Source: Chrysemys picta bellii (lineage: Eukaryota). Taken from it: DNA of 64,000 nt. The DNA lies in contig NC_088812.1 of the NCBI RefSeq assembly GCF_011386835.1, forward strand, positions 2,046,001 through 2,110,000. Direction: 5' to 3'. The translations under genes and the position numbers were made by a program. How positions within the stretch are numbered: the first letter of the stretch is position 1; each line of letters starts with the position of its first letter. A model generated the notes under the pieces. That model was not told where the DNA came from. It made no database searches and saw only the letters and a list, made by a program, of their open reading frames with translations. Positions 47,701 through 58,900 of this stretch are shown here, one piece after another.

Positions 47701-50700
47701 CTGAGAGGCAGGAGCTAGGTCAACTGAAGAATTCTTCTGGGGACCTAGCCGCTCCTTTGAGGGTTTGGTCAGCATAGCTACAGTACTCAGCAACCTAGCG
47801 AGGTCGAGCTAAATTGTAAGTGTAGACGGGGCCAAGGCATGCTTTACAGGCTCTTTACTGATTTTTAACTATTTCAGGTGTCCTTATTTCTTACTGAAAT
47901 AATTATCCCAGTGTAACCCATAGCGTGGATGCTGTTAGGATAACCTTTAGTTCTTATCAATAGATCACAAAGGAGATAGGGAAAGTGAGGTACAAGAAGG
48001 ACTTGCCCAAGGTCACCCAGCAGGGCAAAGCTGGGAAGAGAACCCAGAGCTTCCAAGTCCCTGGCCAGTGCGCTCTCCACTAGACCACACTGCCTCCCCT
48101 TATCTGTGCCTCATACCAGTATGGCTTGGTCCCTTTGTCAGGCTTGACAAAGCCCTGGCTGGGATGATTTAGTTGGGGATTGGTCCTGCGTTGAGCAGGG
48201 GGTTGGACTAGATTCCTCCTGAGGTCCCTTCCAACCCTGAGATTCTATGATTCTTTCCAATAAGGGAATAGCTGTACCAGGAGAACTGCCCACAGTAGGG
48301 GGCAGTGCCACGTTAACTGTACCAGGGCAAACCAATACAAAAAGCTGTACAAAAACAGTTAGCCCACTCCTAAAAATCTGTCCCTCTTAACAAGTAGCTT
48401 TTGCTCTTGTGTTGTCATTAACACGAGCTCTGTTCCCAGCCTTCCAACAGGCAGGACCTGAATTTAGAACCTAAATAACAAGGCAGAAAAATACTTTCTG
48501 AAGGGGCATTTCTCAACCCTTTCAGGATGGTGGCACCTACCTAGATGTCAGATTTTCATGACCACCCTCTAAACCAGGGGTCGGCAACCTTTCAGAAGTG
48601 CTGGGCCGAGTCTTCATTTATTCACTCTTAATTTAAGGTTTTGCGTGCCAGTCATACAGTTTAACGTTTGTAGGTCTTTCTAGAAGTCTATAATATTTAA
48701 CTAAACTGTTGTATGTAAAGTAAGGTTTTTTAAATGTTTAAGCTTCATTTAAAATTAAATTAAAATGCAGAGCCCCCTGGACCCGTGGCCAGGACCCGGG
48801 CAGTCTGAGTGCCACTGAAAATCAGCTCACGTGCCACCTTTGGCACACGTGCTGTAGGTTGCCTACCCCTGTCTAAACCGACTGTAAGAGGGGAAAAAAA
48901 AGTATCGGCTCAAACCTTATAGAATGTGTGTTTGGAGAGGCCGACTGACAATCTGACCTTGAAGGGAGAGGGAGTGAGATTTTCTTGGCTTTCAGTCCAC
49001 GCTCACAACCTGCCCCCAAGTGACCGCTCTTTGTGCGCTCTGGGGCTCAGGACCTGGCACATACCTGCTTTTCCTCCCTCAGTGGGTTGCTTTTAAAGCT
49101 CAAACTGCCTGAACCATCAGACTGATTCTCTACCCCCCCCCCCCCCCCCCACTGTCACAAGTGCCAAGATGTTAACCGCTGTACTTGGCTGCCAGTGACC
49201 CTTCCCTGAAGCTGTTTCTGCTGTTGTCTTGCAGAGTGGCCCGCCGGGTCCCCCTGGCCCAGGAATGCCCCCTGGAGGCAGAGGCCGTGGCCGAGGGCAG
49301 GGTAACTGGGGGCCTCCTGGAGGAGAGATGACCTTCTCGATCCCTACTCACAAGTGTGGGCTGGTCATTGGCAGAGGTGAGTGTCCTTTGCCATCATACA
49401 GCGGTTCCCGGTGTCTCCCCCGCCGCCGCTCCAGCAGAGCCCGAGCTCACAGCTCCACGCTCTCTTCCAGGCGGGGAGAACGTCAAAGCCATAAACCAGC
49501 AGACGGGGGCGTTCGTCGAGATCTCCCGGCAGCTGCCTCCCAACGGAGACCCCAACTTCAAACTGTTCATCATCCGCGGCTCCCCGCAGCAGATCGACCA
49601 CGCCAAGCAACTCATCGAGGAGAAGATCGAGGTGGGTGCGGGGAGTGCCCCCAGCTTCCACCTACCCCCACAGCGAGGGGGCAGCAGAGCACTGGAGGCT
49701 GACCCGGGGCATCGTGGCTCTCAGCACTTACGGATTATTTCCTCTCTCCAGGGCCCCCTCTGCCCAGTTGGACCTGGGCCTGGGCCTGGAGGGCCCCCGG
49801 GCCCTGCTGGCCCAATGGGCCCTTTCAACCCAGGACCTTTCAATCCAGGGCCACCAGGAGCTCCCCCTCAGTAAGTATTGAAATCTCCTGCCTCTTCGGG
49901 GGGGCGGGGGAGGGAGTGCACGACATGCTGCAAAAAGGTGCTTGTGGGCTGTCTTTAAGGGGGTGGACTGAGCAATAAATCCAGGGGCATCTGGTGGCCT
50001 GACAGGGGCTGCTCCCCTAGTGCCCAGGGAATCCCCTATAGTGTCTAGTGCCCGAACTTTGGACCATCCTTTCAGTCTGGAAGCAAGAAAAAAAATAACC
50101 CTAAGTTCTGCTGAGGAAGCTGCCAGCCAAAGGCCCTGCTCCTCCTGGCCTGTTCAGCCTGCGAGTGCCCCGGGTGGGGAAGATGGGAGACGGGCTAAGC
50201 CTGCAGAGACCTGGTGCCGGAGCTTGATGGACCACAAGCAGGGCTGCAGGGAAGAGTGGTCTTGGGCTTGCCCTTCGGTGGAGGTGTAAAATAGGTGGGG
50301 GTAACCCCACCAGCTCTCCAGTCAGCCGGCCTCTTCCCATCCTCGAGAGCTGTGCAGCACCAAGGAGCCCTGTCACTACCCTGGAGCCTGCCGTGCCAGG
50401 CCCTGCACAAACACAGACCAAAGCCTCCGTCCGTCAAAGGGACCCGCTAAGGCCCATCTGGCTCTTGTGGGCTGCCTGTCCCCCACTGGGGCTGCAGCAG
50501 GGCTCCGAGGACCATGCTTTGGGGAGATGAGCAGGGGGCTGCCCCAGCTGTACAGGGGCCTTCCCACCCTCCCAGTCAGCATGTCCCAGCGGGGTTCTGC
50601 TCCTCCCTCTGCAGTGCCTTCTGTCACCCCTCCTCATCAATGTCTCCTGCTCTCCTCTTTCAGCCCTGGGGCTCCTCCCCCCCACCCATACCCACCCCAA

Positions 50701-53281
50701 GGCTGGGGGAACACCTACCCGCAGTGGCAGCCTCCGGCCCCTCATGACCCAAGTAAGTACCCAGCGCTGCCCCTCGCGAGGGTAGGGTTGGCTCCGGGGA
50801 GCAGGTGGGCGGGCAGCCCTGTTCCCCACATGCTGGCCCAGGGCAGGAGGCGGGGTCTGTTCTCATACATGGCTCCTTTCCAGGCAAAGCAGCAGCGGCA
50901 GCAGATCCCAACGCGGCCTGGGCAGCGTACTACTCGCACTACTACCAGCAGCCCCCTGGCCCTGTGCCCGGGCAGCCACCAGCTCCCACAGCGCCCCCCG
51001 TTCAGGGCGAGCCGCCGCAGCCGCCCCCGGCCGGGCAGTCCGACTACACTAAAGCGTGGGAGGAGTATTACAAAAAACTAGGTAATGCCCTGGGGGAATC
51101 ATTTCGCCTATAGCGGGGAGGAGGGGGCACTATCCCGGGTGAAGAGTGCTGTGCTGGAGGGCAGCAGTGAATCGAGGGGCTCAGCCCAGCTCCTTGTGAC
51201 CCCAGGACTGACGCTGACAGGCCCTACGGCAAAGGCTGAGCCTTGAGGGTCCTGAGGACTGAGCTCCAGAGGCAGGTACCTCTTGCTCAGGGCTGAAGCA
51301 GACTGGCCTGGCCGCACGCATGGGTGGGTGGGTGGGGGGGGTGTTAGTGACAGGCCATGGGCTGATTTCCCCAGCACTGAGCAGTCAGATCTGTTCTGAG
51401 AGGGAAGGTCTCTGAGGTCAGGTGGAGAAAGGAGCATGGGGCAGACCCAGCAAGTTAGCAATGTGCCCCACAGAATCCGTGTGAACTTCCCCAGCCAGAG
51501 ATGCCAGTTCATGCTGGTCTCAACCCCACTAGGCAAAGGGGGCAGTGATACTGCCTGACTCCTCCTCCCTCTCCAGCTGCTCACTCCCTCGCCCACCTGT
51601 CCGGGGTCCCTAATGCATGTCTCTGCCCACAGGCCAGCAGCCCCAACAGCCCGGGGCACCCCCACAGCAGGACTACACGAAAGCCTGGGAGGAATATTAT
51701 AAGAAACAAGGTGAGTGAGGCCTGGAGCTCCTATGGACGGGGGTGGGTGTGTGGATCAGCAAGGAGAGCCCAGCTCCTGTCCGCTGACCATTGGAGACCT
51801 GGGGAGAGGGGTAGCCCTGTGCCCCTGGAGTCACTGACTCACCCCCTCTTCTCTCCCCTGCCCCATCGTAGCAGCTCAAGTGGCTACTGGTGGAGGACCA
51901 GGGGCACCACCGGGACCTCAGCCAGACTACAGCGCAGCCTGGGCAGAGTACTACAGACAGCAGGCTGCCTACTACGGACAGACACCGGGGGCTGGGGGCC
52001 CAGTGCCGCCACCCACACAGCAGGGACAGCAGGTGAGTGATCGGCCATGTGCCCCGCTGCCTGCCTTCAACCCCCAGCTGTAGCTCCTCCTGCCTGGGTG
52101 AGACCCTCGGTCCCACAGGAAGTGCTTCCTGAGCGGCATCTTTGTGCTCGTGCACCGGCTCCCACATCGGTCGTCGACGGGGATTCAACCCAGGACACCT
52201 CGACCTACAAGCATGAGCGTCTACTGCTTGAGCTAAAGGACCCAGTCCATTAGCTGGAGGCAGTAGTAGACTCGTAAACCTCTTCTATGGATCCGCCACT
52301 AGGTGGCAACACAGACCCACGCTGTTCATGTGGATTTACGTTGACCCGTAGACACCTGGGGGGGTGGTCGGAGGAGATGGGAGCTCAGGGAAATGGACAG
52401 AACTGGTAAGATTCTCCAGTTTCCACTGGGCTCTTAGCTCCGGCTCACAGGTCCATTTTCAGGGGCTAGGACTTCTTCGTAGGGTTAGGGGTTGTCTTAT
52501 CCATTGGGGGATGTGGGAGGGATCACTGTTAGCCCTGGTAGTTCGGGGAGATCGGGCTGCAGAGCTGTCGGAATACAGCGAGCGTCAAACCAGGGGAACT
52601 CGTTCAAAGAGAACCTGGGTGCAGATTCCTACGTTTCTGACCAGCTTCTCCTCTCGAAGGTGAGCGCACTCGGCAGCGCTGGACTGAAAGCGGCTGTTCG
52701 CTGACCCAGGGAGCTAGATTAGCTCCCGCTCAGCCTCTAGCCTGTCCTGCTGCAGCTCTCAGAGTCTCGGGCCTAGCGCCAGGCTGAGCAGTTACATTCT
52801 AGGGCCGCAGAAGCCTAAAAATCCGGTTTCAGCCACATTTAGGCACCTGACTAAGTGACTTTTCCAGCAGCACCTGGTGACTTCACTTGGTCTTGCTAGG
52901 GGCTCCGTGCCACTTACTTAGCTGCCTAAATATGCCGAATTTCAAGCAGCCCCCTTTAGAAATGCTTCCCCAGGCCAAGACTTTCATCTGATCTTCAGGA
53001 CTGACCAAAGCTGCTGCTTCCGAAACCTAGATTCTCTTCCAGACTTGACCTGCCAATTTCCCCTTTTCAAACACCCTGCTTCCGTGGTGGGATTTCCTAG
53101 TGTGCAGGGGAGTTGGGAGCCGAGGGCCAGTTTTCCCTCCACTCCCCAACTTGGCAGCGCAGTGCCAGTGCCGTTGCAGCAGAGGGGACCCTGTGTTGCT
53201 TTCGGACTCTTCCGTCCGTAGCGGTGTCTATCAGGGGTAACTGACTCCTGTCTCTCTCCCCGATCCTTGCAGGCTCAGTGA
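32712..53281 (+). CDS. KHSRP: KH-type splicing regulatory protein (FUBP2), 694 aa; join(32712..32912,37843..37939,38526..38564,38893..38932,39512..39561,40853..40924,41668..41725,42798..42969,43974..44072,45764..45862,46052..46154,46981..47081,49235..49376,49471..49631,49752..49870,50664..50752,50884..51081,51633..51710,51875..52032,53273..53281)
   Basis: 20 exons total 2085 nt with consistent phases. Gly/Pro-rich N-terminus ending [15 protein letters not shown], four KH domains with GxxG loops (IGRGG, IGKGG, IGRSG, IGRGG), Tyr-rich repeats ([12 protein letters not shown]), terminal AQ*. Confidence 0.97.
33000..33960 (+). repeat. G-rich low-complexity repeat at the start of KHSRP intron 1
   Basis: Recurrent GTGTGGGTTATGGGGGGAGGGCGGATAAGATGGGGGG units. 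Confidence 0.85.
42270..42470 (-). mobile_element. hAT-type MITE, partial copy (KHSRP intron 7)
   Basis: Ends in AGGTTGCCGACCCCTG, the reverse complement of the terminal inverted repeat of the 48575-48871 copy. Confidence 0.8.
44235..44621. mobile_element. hAT/Charlie (MER5-like) non-autonomous DNA transposon
   Basis: Terminal inverted repeats CAGCGGCTCTCAAC / GTTGAGAACCTCTG. Flanking 8-mers CTTTATTG and CTTTAGTG match 7/8, consistent with a target-site duplication. Confidence 0.8.
44640..44726. mobile_element. Short retroelement insertion (probably a Penelope-like end) with a 17-bp target-site duplication
   Basis: The insert is flanked by TTTAGTGGTCAGTGGTT at 44623-44639 and 44727-44743. 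The family call is from recall. Confidence 0.65.
48138..48253 (+). mobile_element. CR1 extreme 3' end
   Basis: Reverse complement of the 1747-2122 terminus, ending GAGATTCTATGATTCT. Confidence 0.85.
48575..48871 (+). mobile_element. hAT-type MITE (KHSRP intron 12)
   Basis: Terminal inverted repeats CAGGGGTCGGCAACCT / AGGTTGCCTACCCCTG. TCTAAAC is present on both flanks (7 bp of an expected 8-bp duplication). Confidence 0.85.
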
Positions 53282-53984
53282 ATTGAATGTGAACTTCCCA
53301 CCCGTGAAACCCTTTTTGTTTTTGGAAAGAGAGATGGCCGCTGTTGGGGAAGGGAGCCGGCCCCTGGGTCTGATTGCTGGGTTTCTTAGCGGAACCTCGG
53401 CTGCTCCTCCTTCGAGTCTCTTTAAAATAAAAATAAAATAAAAAAATAAAAATAAAAATATCTGAATCCTTCATGTTGAGCCAGCTGTAGAAGATAGCGA
53501 ACTAAAACTGCTGCAAGAACTCAGCCCTCCTGAAACACACGTCGATTTCAGGGTAACATGTTTTTTCTTTTCGTTTTGTTTTTAAAAAAAAATAAATAAA
53601 AAAACTTTACAAGGAGAAAAAAAAATCACTCTGCTTTTTAGTTAGAGTTGGAACATTCCTCGAATAAGGTGTCGGTGTTTCAGATAAAACAACCCCTTTC
53701 CCCCTCCCATTTTCCCACAATTGGGACTGGTCTGTCATGTATTTTGTCTGTTCAAGAGGAAACTGAAACAAACAAAATTGTACGCTCAGTTTTTACTTTT
53801 TACCGCTTGTTTTTAACTTCACAAATAAATGATAACAAAACCTGCCTGTGTCTGCTGGGTGGCGTCTGTCTGTCCATAGGGTTTTGAAGCGGATTGTTCT
53901 CATGATATAGCTGTTGTAAAACCTGATGAACTAGGAGCTCCTGTGGTTTTTTTTATAGTTTGAGCAGGCAATTGTGCTTTGTTA

Positions 53985-53990
53985 AATAAA
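53985..53990 (+). terminator. Probable distal KHSRP polyadenylation signal
   Basis: AATAAA followed by a T/GT-rich tract (TTTTTGTTTTG) about 700 nt after the stop codon. Confidence 0.6.
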
Positions 53991-55907
53991 ATGCTCTTTT
54001 TGTTTTGAAACCAACTCTGCTGCACTGTTTCCAAACCGAGCAACTGGCGATACGGTGCGCCCTGGGTACGGTCTGTTACGGGGGGCTTTAGGCCGGTGCC
54101 CCTCAGCGGGGTATCTGGCCTGTTGAGCTGAGGTTACCTCATGGGGTAAGGAATCACTTCTGCTGCCCGTTCTGAGGAACCAGTGGCGCTGTGCTCGGTC
54201 CATTCAATACCTCTGCTCTCTGAGCAATCCCAAAGGGCTGTAGTTTCACCTCTGATGCAGTGGGAATGGACCTGCCTAGGTAAGGCCTTAGCTGGCCCTA
54301 TCTGTGTAGTACCTGAACACCTCCCACTCATCCCTGTTAGACCCTACACCCCCCTGGGCGGCAGGGCAGAGCTCTGATCCCCACTGGAGGCGCAGACTGT
54401 GACATGCCAGATTCCTCAGGGGTCAGACCTTGCACCTGGTTTCCCCAGTCGTAGGCTGATGCCCTAAGCACTGGACCCTCCTCTGCTTACAGCCAGATGA
54501 ACCTCCCTCGGCTCGGACTCTCCGGCTCGTGCAGGAGGGTTGTCCAAGCAGATGAGTGTGAGGGGGACCCGTTGCTTCCCTGACTTGCTCTGGAGGGTCC
54601 GGGTAAGACACTGCTCCCATACAGCGAGGGCTGGAGAGCGCTGGCTATCAAAAGCAGCTTTGGAAAGGTTCTTTCCCATCCGCCCACTGGACAGTCCCCT
54701 GCTTGGGGTGACGCAGGGGGAAGCCTTCCCTGGAACCAGTTCCTGTGTCACCTCTGCTAGCCTCCCTGTTCTGCCCAGCCAGCTTCAGGGGCAGCTGAGG
54801 GGAGAGCTTGGCATAAAGCCCAATTTCAGACTGATGCAGATGTGGGGTTTTTGCCAAGCCCCTAGTAGCTAAATCCCCCCTGGAGTGGAGTGAGAGTCTC
54901 CCAGGGAGGGAGAATGAACCCTCGCCCGGGCAGGAGAACTGTTCTCCTCGTGGGGCCTTGCGTTCCAGCTCTCCCCAGGCACTCTGCCCACAGGCAGACC
55001 AACCTGTTGCTGGTATATTTCCCCCCCCCCCCCCCCCCCTTTAACCTGTGACTTGTGCTGAGTGTCTCTCTCCCCCTCCCCCTTGCTGTTGGCTTTTAAC
55101 ACTCAGCTCTGTGTGACCCGTGTGTGTTGTGGGGACAGCGTGTTTCTTTCAAAAGCTAACCTCTGTCCAAAGCTGGGGCCTGGCTGGGGCTCTCCTCACT
55201 CACATGTAGCTGGGTTTGAAGTCACGTATTGGAAAAACCAAAGGACTTCTGGTAATAAACTCCGTGTTTTGATGGATGCTCCTTGTCCCCTCAGAAGAAC
55301 CCTCCCCACTCTCCAGCCCGGCTGTCTCGTGTCATGCAGTCCTGCTCCTCTGAAGGGGGCTGATGTGGAAAGGCGGAGGGCTAATTCAGGGGTGGGGGGT
55401 GCAGCAAAAGGATGTTCCTGTACCTAGTGTGTAGGGAGTTAGGGGTTAGGCCAGGAGGCTGGTGAGGGAACTGGCTGCACTAGACAGCAGAGCAGGGAAT
55501 CACACCCTGCGGGATTTGCCCAACTCAAAGCAGCCAGTAGGGTGGAGCTGTGGCCATCTCCCCTCCCTGGGGTAAGGAGGGTCCCGGAGTCATTCGCTCT
55601 CTGCCCTAGGCCAGACCCATCTTCCTGGCTCCCCTGCTTGGGTCAGATACTTTCCTTGTCCACAAGGCCCTGGATTCCTGCGGGCGGGTTCTGTGCAGCT
55701 GGGCCCCTGCCGCGCTAGGCACCTTGGCTGCTTGTGTAACTACATCCTGCGGCTGCCTGGCTGGGGATGGGGAAGGGATCTGCATGTGGTGTCAGCTCTG
55801 GGCCAGCAGAGGGTGCTCACGCCCTAACCTGAGCCCCATGGGGTTGGGTGGGTGCAGAGGGCCGCCTGGCGTAGGGCAAGCGCAGGGCCCGGGCCCAAAG
55901 CTGAGCT

Positions 55908-55913
55908 TTTATT
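55908..55913 (-). terminator. Polyadenylation signal of the adenylate kinase-like gene
   Basis: AATAAA on the minus strand about 52 nt past the TAG stop. Confidence 0.7.
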
Positions 55914-55965
55914 TGAACACAGTCCCAGCCGCGGGGCGGCCCGGGCAGGGCACCAGGCACCTGGC

Positions 55966-58900
55966 CTAGCGGAGGCTGTCGATGACCGAGCAGCACTTTG
56001 CGAAGATGGTGTCTTCCGGCTCCTCGCCAATAATCTGCAGGACACAACAGAGCAGCTGGGGGGAGCAGCCCATGCCATGGGGCCCGGCCAGCCCCCAGCT
56101 CTATTCCCCTGCCCCTGGCATGAGTACCCGCCCCCTGGGAAACTTGGGTGCGCCTGTGCTGGGGGCAGGCAGCACTAGCCCTGCTCAGAACCGCTGGGTG
56201 GTTGCAGCTTTCGGGCAGCCCCGGCTGACACTGAACTCCTACGCGGGCTCGCTCTGGCCCTCTCCCCGCCCCGAGGGGCCTGCCCACGCACTCAGCCCCT
56301 GGAGGATGTTTCCACGCGCCTGGTGAGCGGAACCCAACATCCTGCTAACCCGGGGGTGGGTGAAGCTGTTGGCAGAGGCTGTGCCAGGGAAGGGGCCCTA
56401 ACCCCTAGTTCAGAGGGGCAGGGCTGCCTGCAATGGGCTCTGCTGGGAAGGGGGAGGGTCTGTCTCGGGCCACCCCCCACCTACGTTTCTGAGCAGGTTC
56501 TTCTGTTGGTAGTAGCTGATGACGGGCTCGCACAGCGAGTAGTGAGTCTCCAGCCGCTGGCGGATGCAGCTCTCGTGGTCGTCGGCCCGATGGCCGGTCT
56601 GGCCCCGCAGCAGCAGCCGCTGGATCATGGTCTCCGTCGAGCAGTCCAAGACGATCACGAAGTTGGGAAGACGCCCCACCTGCGGCATGGTAACGCCCCG
56701 TTCAGGGGGGCAGCAGCACCCGGACAGGCTGCTCCCTGGCCAGACACCGGAGGGGGGAGCTGAGGAATGGGCACCAGGACGTTCCCGTGCAAGGCGAGAG
56801 GATGGGGTGGGGGCAGAGGCCCTGGAGAAGGGGGAGCCGGGCCAGTGCCAGCCCATGACGGAGCCCTCCTGGGTCTGAGTTAGGGAAGGGGGGAGAAGTG
56901 GCTGCGTCTCCAGCATGTGCTCAGCCCCTCTGAATGCCTCATGCTGCCTCCCACGTGCCACATCTACCTCCTGGGTGTCAACACAGCCCACCCCCCGCTC
57001 TGGCCAGGGGCTGCTGGGCCTTCCTCCCCCCGTGGCACTTACCACGCGCTCAAAGTCCTTGGCCTGGTTGAGCTCCCGGGGGAAGCCATTGACCAGGAAA
57101 CCCTTCGCCTCCTCTCTCTGCAGCAGGTTCTCGTTCAGCAGGTCGAGGACGAAGCCCTGGGGAGACAGGAGCCCCCTCAGCGCTGGGGGGTAAGGGCTTT
57201 GGCCGGAGCCACCCCTGGCTGCGTGAGCAAGCGCCCCACCTCCCCCTGCCCACGAGCCTCCGGCTCCAGGACTCCAGACCCCCACTCAGCTCCTGGCCTC
57301 TCCCAGGTGCCTGCTAGTGGGGCGGGCCGAGCCCCAGCAAACCTCTTCCACCAGGCACCAGCTGGGCCGGAGCCAGAGCGGGGAAAGGAGGTGGGAGAGG
57401 GATGAGCGGGGCTAGGTATGGCAGGGGGCAGAGCCGGGAGCCTGGCACTTGCAGAGGGTGGTGAGAGCCAGCGGGCGGCTGATCCCTGCAGCCCGGGGGA
57501 AGGCTCTCACACTCGCAGGGCTCTTTTGCAGCCTTGGAACGTTTCTCAGGGCCCCTAGGAAGGGCCAGGTGCTGAGCTGATGAGTGGGAGCTGGGGGTGC
57601 TGCAATCCGGAAGGGAGGGAGGGAGGGGAGCCTCACTGAAGGCACGAGCGCTCCTTTCAGCATGATGTCCTTGATTTGTCGCCCCTGGCGCGTGGGCTCG
57701 CTGGCTTCCGCCCGCAGCAGGTTCCCCATGCCCAGGTGCTGGAACTGGTACTTGGCAGCCAGCCTCTCGCACTGTGTCCCTTTGCCGGAGCCTGGGCCTC
57801 CTATCACGAAGATGATGATTTGCGACTTCAGCATCTCTGCGGCGAGAGACAGAGGTTGGGCAGGGGAAGGGGTGAGACAAGCATCTCCCAAGGCGCATTG
57901 GACAAGCCTGATGCTGCGCAGTTTGAGGAGATCCCAGCCCAGAGTGGGGTGGCTGTGGGCACAAAATAGGCACGATTGCTGCTGCTCGATGGGGAAAATA
58001 AGCTAAGGGGAAGGGACCTGGCATGCCCGGCAGTGGGTACTGAGCTAGATGGACCTTGGTCCGGTCCAGTGTGGTAACATCCCCATCTCAACCATGCAGT
58101 AGACATCAGCTCCTGAAAACCCTCGTTAATTTAGTGCGGGGCTGACTGCCCTGGAGCCTCCTCTGTAAGTATCCCACTACTGCCACCAATGTGCTTCAAC
58201 CCAGCCCTGGAGAGACCCCTCTTGTGGCAAGCTCGCTCTCTGTGGCCCACCGCCCACCCCCATAAGGGGCCCATTAGGTGGATTTGGGGCTGTCCCCATT
58301 AGGAACTAGAGTCGCCACGCTGGCTGATGGGAGTCACAGCTTGAGCCCCTCTGGTGTCAATGCCCAGGAATGGCAATGGTAGAACCAGGAGCAGAATTTG
58401 GGCCAAGGCCTTTCAGTCACTGCCAGCTGTTACAAAGCAGCCACCTCGCTGGGACCTGCCCCCGTGAGCAAGGCCTCTGAGAAAAGCCAGGGTTAAAATG
58501 CCTGCTGAGCTGTTTATAAAACAGGGGGTTTGGTGTGAACCGGCCACCCCATAAATCGCATTCAATCATTCTCTAGAGACATCTCTACTCTGTACAATGA
58601 ACAAGCAGCCGGGGCAGTTAGGGGCTCCATAATGCCCCTCAGCTACCACGAGGGGCCAGATAAGAACACAGATGGGAGAACCAGCTGAGCTCTGTTCATT
58701 TCTAGCCGGGATAAATCGGTGGAGGAGCCGGGCCTGACCGTAAACCTGTGAAGAGAGCCCCTAGAAAACCCAGCCCAGCCGCTCCAGCGCAGTCGTTTGA
58801 AGCTACTGAGTGGTGTTCTTTCTCCAAAGGAATTTAGTGCTGTGAACAGGCTTGGGCTGGTAACCCAGGGCTCGGCATTTACCTATGCAGACACGCTGCG

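Noticed and set aside
52033-52083. Read-through into the last KHSRP intron giving a [17 protein letters not shown]-terminus
   Set aside because: The donor is a consensus CAG|GTGAGT and nothing in the sequence supports retention.
55020-55038. Long C homopolymer (another at about 49134-49150)
   Set aside because: Length is unreliable in assemblies and there is no evidence of function.
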